A DNA stretch of 64,000 nt from NCBI GenBank assembly GCA_902560675.1, contig CACEMP010000005.1, forward strand, positions 8,253 through 72,252. The letters run 5' to 3'. Origin of the DNA: an uncultured Alphaproteobacteria bacterium. Lineage in GTDB: Bacteria > Pseudomonadota > Alphaproteobacteria > HIMB59 > GCA-002718135. A program made the translations under genes and the position numbers. Of the stretch, positions 11,707-21,275 are shown piece by piece (the stretch's first letter is position 1; the number at the start of each line of letters is the position of its first letter). The notes under the pieces were generated by a model. It did no database searches, was not told the origin of the DNA, and saw only the letters and a program-made list of their open reading frames with translations.

Positions 11707-12555
11707 ATGGCTAATAAATCAACAACAACAGGGCAGAAACATCCATATCATTTGGTAGATCCAAGTCCTCTTCCATTCCTATCATCAATTGCTGGTCTTG
11801 CAATGGCTGCCGGCCTTGTATTTTATATGCATTACGGAACTTCTTGGCTTCTCATTCTTGGTACTATTGGATTGTTAACTATTATGTTTTTATGGTGGAG
11901 AGACGTAATAAAAGAGTCAACTTTTCAAAAGGTTCATACACCTGTTGTAGAACTTGGATTAAGATATGGGATGGCACTTTTTATTGCATCAGAAGTAATG
12001 TTCTTTGTCGCTTTTTTTTGGGCTTTCTTTGATGCAAGTTTAACACCTAAATTACCTATAGAAGAATTTTCAGAAACTTTTGATAGTAATGGCGCAGTTG
12101 GAATTTGGCCACCACAAGGTATTAAAACATTTGATCCACTTGATGTTCCTTTCTTAAATACATTAATATTATTAATGTCAGGTACTACTTGTACGTGGGC
12201 TCACCATGCTGTTAGAGAGGGACATAGAGATCAAGCCATTCAGGCATTATGGTGCACTGTTGGTCTTGGAATTTTCTTTTCATTTATGCAGGGTGTAGAA
12301 TACTACGAGGCAGCTCATCATTATTTTAGTTTTACTGACGGAATATATCCATCAGTATTTTATATGGCTACTGGTTTTCACGGATTTCATGTGATGGTTG
12401 GAACAGCATTTCTAGCTGTTTGTTTGTATCGTGTTTATAAAAATCATTTTACTCCAGATAGGCATTTTGGATTAGAGGCAGCGGCATGGTACTGGCACTT
12501 TGTTGACGTAGTTTGGCTGTTCTTGTTTGTCTGCGTTTATGTTTGGGGTGCATAA
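11707..12555 (+). CDS. coxC: cytochrome c oxidase subunit III
   Basis: 282 aa with 'HPYHLVDPSP', 'GFHGFHV' and 'WYWHFVDVVW'. Confidence 0.95.
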   Translation: MANKSTTTGQKHPYHLVDPSPLPFLSSIAGLAMAAGLVFYMHYGTSWLLILGTIGLLTIMFLWWRDVIKESTFQKVHTPVVELGLRYGMALFIASEVMFFVAFFWAFFDASLTPKLPIEEFSETFDSNGAVGIWPPQGIKTFDPLDVPFLNTLILLMSGTTCTWAHHAVREGHRDQAIQALWCTVGLGIFFSFMQGVEYYEAAHHYFSFTDGIYPSVFYMATGFHGFHVMVGTAFLAVCLYRVYKNHFTPDRHFGLEAAAWYWHFVDVVWLFLFVCVYVWGA

Positions 12556-13245
12556 ATTAAAAACTTTCCAATAAAATTTTTTTTATTCAGTTTATTTTGT
12601 GTTGCATTGACAATATTCTTAGGAATTTGGCAATTGCAAAGACTGGAATGGAAAGAAAAAATTATAGCCGAATTTAATGAACTAAAGGATCAAAAACCAC
12701 TTTCACTTTCAATGGGAAAAATGAAGTATCCAAACATTGATGAGTTTACTAAAGTTATCACTTTAGGTACTATTGATAGAAGTAAAAAAATTTTTCTCCC
12801 GGCTAAAACATTCAATGGCATTTCCGGTGTTAGAATAGCTAGTTTATTGTCAGATAATCATGGTAATAATTATTTAATTGATGAAGGTTGGTTTGAACAA
12901 AGTAGATATGATTATTTTAAAAACAATAATGAAACAATAAATGCTGAAATTCTTGGATATATCCGATATCCAACTCAAAAACAGATGTTTACACCGGAGA
13001 ATTCTATCTCTTCAAATGAATGGTATTATTATGATTTGCAGCAAATTCAAACTTTCTTAAAAGTTAAGATAAATCAGAAGTTTTTCATTAAAAATATGAG
13101 TAATTACGCTGAGAATTTTTTAATCCCATCATCACAAAATCATAATTTTTCAAATAATCATTTGCAGTATGCAATTACATGGTTTTTGATGAGCTTTTCT
13201 TTTTTGATTATTTTTATAATTTATTTATTTAGGAATAAAAAATGA
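12556..13245 (+). CDS. surf1: SURF1 family cytochrome oxidase biogenesis protein (start uncertain; first canonical-type start is TTG at 12607)
   Basis: Has the 'LGIWQLQRLEWKEK' SURF1 signature and a C-terminal TM after 'HLQYAITWF'. The required N-terminal TM helix (FFLFSLFCVALTIFLGIW) is encoded at 12577-12630, starting upstream of the TTG. See the finding on this gene. Confidence 0.8.
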   Translation: MKNFPIKFFLFSLFCVALTIFLGIWQLQRLEWKEKIIAEFNELKDQKPLSLSMGKMKYPNIDEFTKVITLGTIDRSKKIFLPAKTFNGISGVRIASLLSDNHGNNYLIDEGWFEQSRYDYFKNNNETINAEILGYIRYPTQKQMFTPENSISSNEWYYYDLQQIQTFLKVKINQKFFIKNMSNYAENFLIPSSQNHNFSNNHLQYAITWFLMSFSFLIIFIIYLFRNKK

Positions 13246-14720
13246 AAACATATTTAAAACTTAAAGAAATCTTTAATGAAGCTTCACTGACATCAGATAT
13301 TGCAAGTATTTTACACTGGGATATGGCAACAATGATGCCGAGTAGCTCAAGAGATCAAAGATCAGAGCAATTAGCATATTTATCAAAACTTAGTCATAGT
13401 AAAATTTCATCTTTTGAAGTTGCTGATTTAATTGAAGACTCAAAGAATCTTAATCTAAATGACAGTGATTTGAAAAATTTAAATGAAATGGATAGAGAAT
13501 ATAAATTAGCTTCAGCAACACCAACAGAGCTTGTAGAAAAAATTTCAAAATCTTCAGCTAAATGTGAAGGTGTTTGGCAAGAGGCAAGAGAAAAATCTGA
13601 TTTTAATTTGGTAAAAACAGATTTAGAAGAACTTATAAATTTAACAAAAGAAGAAGCAAATATTTTAGGAGAAACTTTTAAAGTTTCTCCTTATGAAGCA
13701 CTAATAAATAAATTTGAACCTTCGTCAGAAGAAAATAAAATATCTGAAGTATTTGATGATTTACAAAAATTTCTTACACCACTTATTGATAAAATTGTTG
13801 ATAAGCAAAAAAAAGAAGAAATACTTCAATTTGAAACAAGTATTGATGAAGAAAAGCAGAAAAATATTTCTGAATATATAATGAAACAAATAGGTTTTGA
13901 TTTTGAAAGAGGAAGACTTGATAAAAGTGCCCACCCTTTTTGTGGAGGATCTACAAATGATGTTAGAATCACAACTAGATATAATAATGACAATCCATTT
14001 TCATCCTTAGATGGTGTTATGCATGAAACTGGACATGCTTTATATGAGTTAAATTTACCAAAAGATTGGATGCATCAGCCAGTAGGTAAATCTAGAGGGA
14101 TGGCAATGCATGAAAGTCAATCATTATTAATTGAAATGCAAATCACAAGGTCTTTAGCATTTAAAAAATTTTTATCTAATACTCTAAATAAAAAATTTAA
14201 CATTAAAGACAAAGCTACAGATCCTGACAATCTTTATAAATTAGGTACCCGAGTAAATAAGTCTTTTATAAGAGTTGAGTCAGATGAAGTAACTTATCCC
14301 CTACATATTATTTTAAGATTTAATTTAGAAAGAAAAATTTTTAATAATGAAATACATATTGCAGATATTCCAGATGCTTGGAATCATGAATTTAATAGAT
14401 TATTTAATATATCTATAAACAAAGATACTGATGGCTGTTTGCAAGATATTCACTGGTTTGCAGGATTATTTGGATACTTTCCTACATATTCTTTAGGAGC
14501 ACTTACTGCCGCTCAATTTGCATCACAATTAAGAATAGATGAAAAGGAAATAGACAAGGAAATAGAAAAAGGTAAATTTTCAGGTTTAGTTAACTGGCTT
14601 AAAAAAAATATCCATGAAAAAGCTAGTTTTTTTTCAACTAATGAAGTTCTAGAACAGGTTACAAAGTCGCCTTTAAATGTTAAATATTTTAAAGAATATA
14701 TTACTAATCGCTATCTCTAA
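13242..14720 (+). CDS. M32 carboxypeptidase (Taq-type metallocarboxypeptidase)
   Basis: 492 aa with 'HETGHALYE' (HEXXH), 'HESQS', 'DIHW' and 'GYFPTYSLG'. Confidence 0.9.
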   Translation: MKTYLKLKEIFNEASLTSDIASILHWDMATMMPSSSRDQRSEQLAYLSKLSHSKISSFEVADLIEDSKNLNLNDSDLKNLNEMDREYKLASATPTELVEKISKSSAKCEGVWQEAREKSDFNLVKTDLEELINLTKEEANILGETFKVSPYEALINKFEPSSEENKISEVFDDLQKFLTPLIDKIVDKQKKEEILQFETSIDEEKQKNISEYIMKQIGFDFERGRLDKSAHPFCGGSTNDVRITTRYNNDNPFSSLDGVMHETGHALYELNLPKDWMHQPVGKSRGMAMHESQSLLIEMQITRSLAFKKFLSNTLNKKFNIKDKATDPDNLYKLGTRVNKSFIRVESDEVTYPLHIILRFNLERKIFNNEIHIADIPDAWNHEFNRLFNISINKDTDGCLQDIHWFAGLFGYFPTYSLGALTAAQFASQLRIDEKEIDKEIEKGKFSGLVNWLKKNIHEKASFFSTNEVLEQVTKSPLNVKYFKEYITNRYL

Positions 14721-16096
14721 TGAAATATTTAAGTACAAGAGATGATTCTCTAAGCAGATCATTCAACGACATTCTTTATCAAGGATTATCGAGAGATGGT
14801 GGTCTATATTTACCCCAAAGCTGGCCTAAAATAGACTTATTAAGTCTAAAAAATAAATCATATGAAGAAGTAGCATGTGAAATTATTTTCCCTTATGTCC
14901 ATGAAAATATAGAAAAATTAGAATTACAAAAAATTTTAAATGAAACTTATACAAATTTTAATCATGAAAAAATAGCTCCATTAGTAGAATTAGAAAATAA
15001 TAAATTTTTATTAGAATTAATTTATGGGCCTACTTATGCTTTTAAAGATTATGCTTTGCAATTTCTTGGTAACCTATTTTCTTCAAGTTTAGAGATTTCT
15101 CAAAAAAAAATTACTATTTTGGGTGCAACTTCTGGTGATACTGGCTCAGCTGCAATTCATTCTTTTAAATCTAAAAAAGATATAAATGTATTTATTCTAC
15201 ATCCTCATAATAAAGTATCGCCTATTCAACAAAAACAAATGACCACTGTAATTGATAAGAATATTTTTAATATTGCTATAGATGGTAATTTTGATGATTG
15301 TCAAAAAATTGTAAAAGAATTATTTGTTGATGATGAAATACAACAGTCTACCTCTTTAACTGCTGTAAACTCTATAAATTGGGCACGTTTAATCGCGCAA
15401 GTTGTTTATTATTTTTGGGCTTACTTGCAAACTGATAAGCAGCAAATTAATTTTATTGTTCCTTCAGGAAATTTTGGTAATATTTTTTCAGCCTATGTTG
15501 CTAAACAAATGGGATTACCTATTGGTCATTTACATATTGCAACTAATTCTAATGATATTTTGAAGTCTATAGTAGACAATGGAGAAATGAAAAAAAAATC
15601 TGTTTCTCAAACATATAGTCCAAGTATGGATATACAAGTTTCAAGTAACTTTGAGAGGCAAATTTTTGAAAGCGTAAATAGAGATAGCAAAAGAGTAAAT
15701 GAAGTATTCGAAAGCTTTTCATCAAAAGGTTTTTATCAATTTGATGACTCTGTTTTAACTAAGTTTCAGCAAATATATAAAGCTTCCTCAATTGATGATA
15801 GTCATACTCTGGAAACAATTAAACATGTTTATGAAAAATTTAATTATATTGCTGATCCACATACTGCAACAGGGCTAAAAGTATTATTAGATAAAAAAGA
15901 TGATGAAGCCTGGGTATCTTTAGTTTGTGCACATCCTGCAAAATTTGACAAAGCTGTGAATAAAGCAATTAATAAAGAAATTGATATTCCAAATGAATTG
16001 AGCAATCTCTTTGATAAAGAAGAAAAGATGACTATATTACCAAATAGTACTATAGATGTAAAAAACTTCATATTAGAAAAAATAATCAATGCATAA
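14720..16096 (+). CDS. thrC: threonine synthase
   Basis: 458 aa with N-terminal 'YLSTR', the PLP-lysine block 'PTYAFKDYALQ' and 'ATSGDTGSA'. Confidence 0.92.
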   Translation: MKYLSTRDDSLSRSFNDILYQGLSRDGGLYLPQSWPKIDLLSLKNKSYEEVACEIIFPYVHENIEKLELQKILNETYTNFNHEKIAPLVELENNKFLLELIYGPTYAFKDYALQFLGNLFSSSLEISQKKITILGATSGDTGSAAIHSFKSKKDINVFILHPHNKVSPIQQKQMTTVIDKNIFNIAIDGNFDDCQKIVKELFVDDEIQQSTSLTAVNSINWARLIAQVVYYFWAYLQTDKQQINFIVPSGNFGNIFSAYVAKQMGLPIGHLHIATNSNDILKSIVDNGEMKKKSVSQTYSPSMDIQVSSNFERQIFESVNRDSKRVNEVFESFSSKGFYQFDDSVLTKFQQIYKASSIDDSHTLETIKHVYEKFNYIADPHTATGLKVLLDKKDDEAWVSLVCAHPAKFDKAVNKAINKEIDIPNELSNLFDKEEKMTILPNSTIDVKNFILEKIINA

Positions 16097-17342
16097 AATT
16101 ACAACACTAGAAAACGGATTAAGAATAGTAACCCAGAATATGCCAGGGTTGGAAACAGTATCAATGGGTATATGGAATTTTGTTGGTGGCAGAGATGAAA
16201 CAAAAGACATAAATGGTGTTGCTCACCTTTTAGAGCATATGGCTTTTAAAGGTACATCAACTAAAAATGCTCTTCAAATTGCTGAAACAATTGAAAATGT
16301 TGGCGGAGATATAAATGCTTATACTTCAAAAGAAATAACAGCTTATTATGTAAAGCTCTTAGCTGATGATCTACATTATGGCATAGATATTCTGACAGAT
16401 ATTTTGCAAAACTCTACATTTGCTGAAGATGAACTTAATCGAGAAAGGGGAGTCATAATTCAAGAAATTGGAATGTACCTTGACACCCCTGATGATATGA
16501 TTTTTGATTATTGGCAAGAAAAAGCATACCCTAACCAGCCAATGGGACGTTCCATACTGGGTAAAACTGATATTATTAAAAATATTTCAAGAGACGAAGT
16601 TAAAGACTTTATGATGAATCATTATAATCCAAAAAAAATGATTATAAGTGCAGCCGGAAAAATTGACCATGATCAATTTGTTGAATCAATTAAAAAATCA
16701 TGCACTAATTTACCAAGTGGATTATTTACTGAAAGACAAAAAGCTGAATATAAATCTGGAGAATACAGAGAAGACAAAAAACTAGAACAGATACACTTAC
16801 TACTTGGTTTTGAAGGTATAGATTACCACCACGATGACTACTATTCTTTATTGGTTTACTCTTCTTTGTTAGGTGGAGGAATGTCATCAAGATTGTTTCA
16901 AGAGATTAGAGAGAAACGTGGTCTTGTATATGGTATTTCTTCTTTTAGCTCATCTTACACTGACACTGGTGTTTTTGGTATTTATTGTGGCACAGGAGAA
17001 AATCAAATCCAAGAGCTCATACCTGTTTTATGTGATCAATTAAATGAAAGTCCTAATTCAATTACAGAAAAGGAAATTAATAGAGGTAAAGCTCAGTTGA
17101 AAGCAAGCTTAATGATGGGAAGAGAAAGTGCATTCAGAAGATGTGAAAGTGCTGCTAGACAACTTCTGGTCTTTGATAGAATAATTGAACCTGCTGAAAC
17201 TATTAAAAATATAGATAATGTTTCCAAAGAGACTGTTCAAAAAATTGCTAATAAAATTGTTAAAGGCCCAATAACTATATCAAGTATTGGACCATTATCT
17301 AAACTTGAAAATATTGATAAAATTCAATCACGAATAAATTAA
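16089..17342 (+). CDS. M16 family zinc peptidase (MPP-like processing protease)
   Basis: 417 aa with the inverted zinc motif 'HLLEHMAFKGT' and the downstream 'ERGVIIQE' Glu. Confidence 0.88.
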   Translation: MHKITTLENGLRIVTQNMPGLETVSMGIWNFVGGRDETKDINGVAHLLEHMAFKGTSTKNALQIAETIENVGGDINAYTSKEITAYYVKLLADDLHYGIDILTDILQNSTFAEDELNRERGVIIQEIGMYLDTPDDMIFDYWQEKAYPNQPMGRSILGKTDIIKNISRDEVKDFMMNHYNPKKMIISAAGKIDHDQFVESIKKSCTNLPSGLFTERQKAEYKSGEYREDKKLEQIHLLLGFEGIDYHHDDYYSLLVYSSLLGGGMSSRLFQEIREKRGLVYGISSFSSSYTDTGVFGIYCGTGENQIQELIPVLCDQLNESPNSITEKEINRGKAQLKASLMMGRESAFRRCESAARQLLVFDRIIEPAETIKNIDNVSKETVQKIANKIVKGPITISSIGPLSKLENIDKIQSRIN

Positions 17343-17367
17343 ATTTTACACTATACTAAAAAATTAT

Positions 17368-17574
17368 TTATTTTATTTTCAAAGATTCATTAATTGAGTG
17401 ATTAAGTTCTCCATCTTTTGATGACAAATTCATAGATACTTTTATTGATTCACCTATTTTGATACTTCCTTCAGTAAATTTTTTTCGTATGTAATTTTCT
17501 ATTTCACGTTGAGAACTAATACCAACTTGTTTAAGAAACTTTCTAATCTCTATATTTAAATTATCTTCATCCAT
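17368..17574 (-). CDS. small conserved hypothetical protein (resembles the DUF6494 family)
   Basis: 68 aa. The N-terminal 'NIEIRKFLKQVGISSQREIE' matches my recollection of the DUF6494 N-terminus. It is a stand-alone gene on the minus strand, opposite to both neighbours. Confidence 0.45.
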   Translation of the reverse strand: MDEDNLNIEIRKFLKQVGISSQREIENYIRKKFTEGSIKIGESIKVSMNLSSKDGELNHSINESLKIK

Positions 17575-17627
17575 ACATTACTATAAATTATTTTGATAGA
17601 TTCATTCAATAATGTTATTAATTTTAT

Positions 17628-18068
17628 ATGGAAACTGCTTCTTTTGAAACTAAACTTGGTTGGATTACAGTAAAAAAAAAGAATGGCAGTGTCTTTTCAC
17701 TTAGATTTGGAAAAACAAATAAAACCATTGATTTAACTAATATTAAAAATCAGATTAATTTATACGCTCTTGGAAAACTTAAAAATTTCAAGATTAACTA
17801 TTCTTTTGAAGGTTCACCTTTACAAAAAAAAATTTGGAATGAAATATCTAAAATTAAATATGGTAAAGTTTCAACATATGGAGAAATAGCAAAAAAAGTT
17901 GGTACATCACCAAGATATGTAGGTAATGTTTGTGGACAAAATAAACTTTTACTTATTATACCTTGTCACCGCGTAATTCGTAGTGATGGAAATCTTGGAG
18001 GATTTTCTGGAAGAGGGGGTATCAAATTCAAAAAAAGATTACTCAACTTAGAACAAAATGTCTCATAA
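17628..18068 (+). CDS. ogt: methylated-DNA--protein-cysteine methyltransferase
   Basis: 146 aa with the active site 'IPCHRVI' and the helix-turn-helix 'YGEIAKKVG'. Confidence 0.9.
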   Translation: METASFETKLGWITVKKKNGSVFSLRFGKTNKTIDLTNIKNQINLYALGKLKNFKINYSFEGSPLQKKIWNEISKIKYGKVSTYGEIAKKVGTSPRYVGNVCGQNKLLLIIPCHRVIRSDGNLGGFSGRGGIKFKKRLLNLEQNVS

Positions 18069-18801
18069 AATAATTATTCTTCAACATACGCCCCTAGTAA
18101 CACCTGGATACTTTACAAAGTTAATGAATGAAGACTTAGTTGAAACAACTATTATTCGATTGGATGAAGCAGAAAAGATTCCTGTTAATCTTGATATATT
18201 TGATGGAATGATATGTTTAGGTGGACCAATGGATACTTGGATGGAAGAACAATATCCGTGGATGATTGATGAAAAAAATAAGATAAAGGAATTTGTTCTA
18301 AATAATCAAAAACCATATCTCGGAATCTGTTTAGGCTGTCAATTTTTAGGAGAAATTCTTGGTGGTAAAGTAATTAAATCTAATCCTCCAGAAATCGGGC
18401 TTCTAAATATTAATATTTTAGATAATAAAAAAAAGGATCAAATTTTTCAAAATTTTGATAATCAGATTAAAGCTTTGCAATGGCATAGTTACGAAGTAAG
18501 TGAACTAAATAATTCTGAAGTTACTATTTTGGGTTCTTCAGATATTACAAAATTTCAAATTTTTAAGTATAAAAATCATGCTTATGGCATTCAATTTCAT
18601 ATAGAAGTAGATGAAAACACAATCATTAAATGGTCTAAAGTCCCTGAATTAAAAAATGCTTTAGAAAAATATTTAGGAAAAAATTCTATTGATGAACTGG
18701 ATAAATCACTTAGAAATAATATCCAAGAAATGAATAATAATACTAAAAAATTATACAAAAATTTTAAAAATTTAATGACTACCAAACTGTTTCGTGTTTA
18801 A
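18058..18801 (+). CDS. class I glutamine amidotransferase-like protein
   Basis: 247 aa with the nucleophile elbow 'GICLGCQFL' and 'IQFHIE' His/Glu. Confidence 0.75.
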   Translation: MSHKIIILQHTPLVTPGYFTKLMNEDLVETTIIRLDEAEKIPVNLDIFDGMICLGGPMDTWMEEQYPWMIDEKNKIKEFVLNNQKPYLGICLGCQFLGEILGGKVIKSNPPEIGLLNINILDNKKKDQIFQNFDNQIKALQWHSYEVSELNNSEVTILGSSDITKFQIFKYKNHAYGIQFHIEVDENTIIKWSKVPELKNALEKYLGKNSIDELDKSLRNNIQEMNNNTKKLYKNFKNLMTTKLFRV

Positions 18802-18820
18802 ATAATTATGGAGTTTAAAT

Positions 18821-19873
18821 ATGAAAAAAATAAAAGGCCCTGCAATATTTCTTGCACAGTTTGTAAGTAATGATGAGCCATTTAACTCATTAGAGTCAAT
18901 ATCAAAATGGGCTTCTAATTTAGGATATAAAGGCGTACAAATACCTTCATGGGATTCAAGATTAATAGATTTAAAAAAAGCTTCTGAAAGTAAAGATTAT
19001 TGTGATGATATAAAAGGAATTCTTAAAAATAATAATTTACAACTTACAGAGTTATCTACTCACCTGCAAGGCCAGCTTGTTGCTGTTCACCCTGCATACA
19101 ATATTCCGTTTGATGGATTTGCAGATGAAAAGGTAAGGGGCAATCCAAGCAAAAGAAAAGAATGGGCTATTGATCAATTAATGCAAGCTGCACTGGCTTC
19201 AAAGAATTTTGGGTTAAATGCACATGCAACTTTTTCTGGTGCATTAGCATGGCCATATTTATACCCTTGGCCTCAAAGACCAGAAGGATTAGTTGACGAA
19301 GCTTTTAATGAACTTGCAAAAAGATGGAAACCAATTTTAAATAAATTTGATGAAGTTGGAGTAGACCTATGTTACGAAATTCATCCTGGTGAAGATCTCC
19401 ATGATGGCGTTACTTTTGAAATGTTTTTAGAAAAAGTTGATAATCATACAAGATGTAATATGCTTTATGATCCAAGTCATTTTGTCCTTCAGCACTTAAA
19501 TTACTTAGATCATATTGATATTTATCATGACAAATTAAAAATGTTTCATGTAAAAGATGCTGAATTAAACCCAAGTGGTAAGCAAGGTGTATATGGAGGT
19601 TTTCAGTCATGGATAAATAGAGCAGGTAGATTTAGATCTCTTGGAGATGGACAAGTAGATTTTAAATCTATTTTCTCTAAATTATCTAGTTATAACTTTG
19701 ATGGATGGGCTGTTCTTGAATGGGAATGTTGTATTAAAAGTCCACAACAAGGTGCACTAGAGGGTTCTAAATTTATAAATGATCATATAATTGATGTAAC
19801 AGAAAAAGCATTTGATGATTTTGCTGACTCAGGTATGAATACAAAAACAAATAAAAAACTTTTAGGAATTTAA
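18821..19873 (+). CDS. sugar phosphate isomerase/epimerase (xylose-isomerase-like TIM barrel)
   Basis: 350 aa with 'CYEIHPGED', 'HVKD' and 'LEWE' metal-site-like blocks typical of the AP endonuclease 2/IolE-like TIM barrel fold. Confidence 0.7.
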   Translation: MKKIKGPAIFLAQFVSNDEPFNSLESISKWASNLGYKGVQIPSWDSRLIDLKKASESKDYCDDIKGILKNNNLQLTELSTHLQGQLVAVHPAYNIPFDGFADEKVRGNPSKRKEWAIDQLMQAALASKNFGLNAHATFSGALAWPYLYPWPQRPEGLVDEAFNELAKRWKPILNKFDEVGVDLCYEIHPGEDLHDGVTFEMFLEKVDNHTRCNMLYDPSHFVLQHLNYLDHIDIYHDKLKMFHVKDAELNPSGKQGVYGGFQSWINRAGRFRSLGDGQVDFKSIFSKLSSYNFDGWAVLEWECCIKSPQQGALEGSKFINDHIIDVTEKAFDDFADSGMNTKTNKKLLGI

Positions 19874-19882
19874 AAAAATAAT

Positions 19883-21028
19883 ATGAAAAAAAGACTAAAA
19901 ATTGGAATGATAGGCGGCGGTATTGGTGGTCTCGTTGGGAATTGGCATAGATATGCAATTAGACTTGATGATAAATATGAATTAGTTGCAGGATGTTTTT
20001 CTTCTAATATTGAAAACGGTATAAATTCTGCAAACGAATTGGGAGTTGATTTAGATAGAAATTATCCAGATTTCAAAACTATGGCTCAAAAAGAATCTCA
20101 AAGAGATGACGGAATTGACGTGGTATCTATCGTTACCCCAAATCATTTACATGCCTCACCCTCAATAGAATTTTTATCTAAAAATATTAACGTAATTTGC
20201 GATAAACCCCTAACAGCTTCAATGAAAGATGCAAATGACTTATATAATGCTGTTAAGAAATCAAAAGCGTTTTTTTTTCTTACACATAATTATAGTGCGT
20301 ATCCAGTAGTAAGGGAAATGAGAAAAATTGTTCAAGAGGGTCAAATTGGAAAAATTAGGCTTATTAGAGGCGGTTATTTGCAAGGATGGCTAGGATCAAA
20401 AGAAGAAGAAACTAATAAACAAGCTGAATGGAGAACTGATCCTGAAAGAAGTGGTGTAGCTGGTTGTGTAGGTGATATTGGTAGTCATTTAATGCATCTT
20501 GCAGAATTTGTAAGTGGTGCAAAAGTAAAAGAAGTTGCAGCTGATTTATCAACATTTGTTGAAGGAAGAAAATTAGATGATAATGCTAGTATTCTGATAA
20601 GGATGAATAATGGATCAAGAGGTAATTTATCAGTTTCACAGATTGCCACTGGTGATGAGAATAACATAACCTTATCAATATACGGAGAAGATGGTGCTTT
20701 ACATTGGCAACAAGAGAATCCAAATTATGCTAAGTTTTCAAAAAAAGGTGAGCTGGATAGAATTATTACAAGAGGAAGTGCTATTTTTGATCAACAAGCT
20801 CAATCAAAGTTAAGAATTCCACCTGGTCATCCCGAAGCTTTTATTGAGGCTTTCGCACAAATATACTCAGATGTAGCCGACATAATTCAAGGTAGTGAAC
20901 AAGCAAATGATTTATTAAAAATAGTTCCAAATATCGATGATGGCTTTCACATAATGAAATTCATCAAAGCATGTGTCGATTCTAGTAATAACAATTCTAT
21001 TTGGACAGAAGTATCAAAAAATAATTAG
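19883..21028 (+). CDS. Gfo/Idh/MocA family oxidoreductase
   Basis: 381 aa with the N-terminal Rossmann 'IGMIGGGIGG' and 'CDKPL'. It lies 9 nt downstream of the TIM-barrel gene. Confidence 0.8.
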   Translation: MKKRLKIGMIGGGIGGLVGNWHRYAIRLDDKYELVAGCFSSNIENGINSANELGVDLDRNYPDFKTMAQKESQRDDGIDVVSIVTPNHLHASPSIEFLSKNINVICDKPLTASMKDANDLYNAVKKSKAFFFLTHNYSAYPVVREMRKIVQEGQIGKIRLIRGGYLQGWLGSKEEETNKQAEWRTDPERSGVAGCVGDIGSHLMHLAEFVSGAKVKEVAADLSTFVEGRKLDDNASILIRMNNGSRGNLSVSQIATGDENNITLSIYGEDGALHWQQENPNYAKFSKKGELDRIITRGSAIFDQQAQSKLRIPPGHPEAFIEAFAQIYSDVADIIQGSEQANDLLKIVPNIDDGFHIMKFIKACVDSSNNNSIWTEVSKNN

Positions 21029-21035
21029 AAGAAAT

Positions 21036-21053
21036 CCCAGAAAACTGGGTTTT
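21036..21053 (+). terminator. weak candidate intrinsic terminator after the oxidoreductase gene
   Basis: CCCAG-AAAA-CTGGG hairpin followed by TTTTATATT. The stem is only 5 bp. Confidence 0.3.
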
Positions 21054-21134
21054 ATATTAATATGCATTTTTTGCATACTAAATTTTACGATTCAAATCTT
21101 ACTAAAATTTAATATTAAACTATATCAATAATTA

Positions 21135-21185
21135 CGTTCATCATTCTTATTGAATGACGGAAGTAGACGAAAGTCGAAGGAACGC
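21135..21185 (+). promoter_or_regulatory. glutamine riboswitch aptamer (glnA RNA motif), copy 1 of a tandem pair in the amt-1 leader
   Basis: CGUUCA-[UCAUUC/GAAUGA hairpin]-CGGAAGUAG-[AC GAAA GU]-CGAAGGAACGC. P1 is CGUUC/GAACG, and the conserved ACGGAAGUA and GAAGGAACGC cores are present. Confidence 0.85.
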
Positions 21186-21201
21186 ATGCAAAGTTATAAA
21201 T

Positions 21202-21252
21202 CGTTCAACTTGTTTAAAACAAGTCGGAAGTAGGTTTTACCGAAGGAACGCG
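21202..21252 (+). promoter_or_regulatory. glutamine riboswitch aptamer (glnA RNA motif), copy 2 of the tandem pair in the amt-1 leader
   Basis: CGUUCA-[ACUUGU/ACAAGU hairpin]-CGGAAGUAG-[GU UUU AC]-CGAAGGAACGCG. Confidence 0.85.
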
Positions 21253-21265
21253 GATCTTAGTAATT

Positions 21266-21275
21266 AATTTCCATA
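21266..21275 (+). promoter_or_regulatory. candidate anti-Shine-Dalgarno box of the amt-1 leader
   Basis: AAUUUCCAUA is conserved identically in both amt leaders. UUUCCAU can pair with AUGGAGG at 21333-21339, the RBS of the ATG at 21344. Confidence 0.35.
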
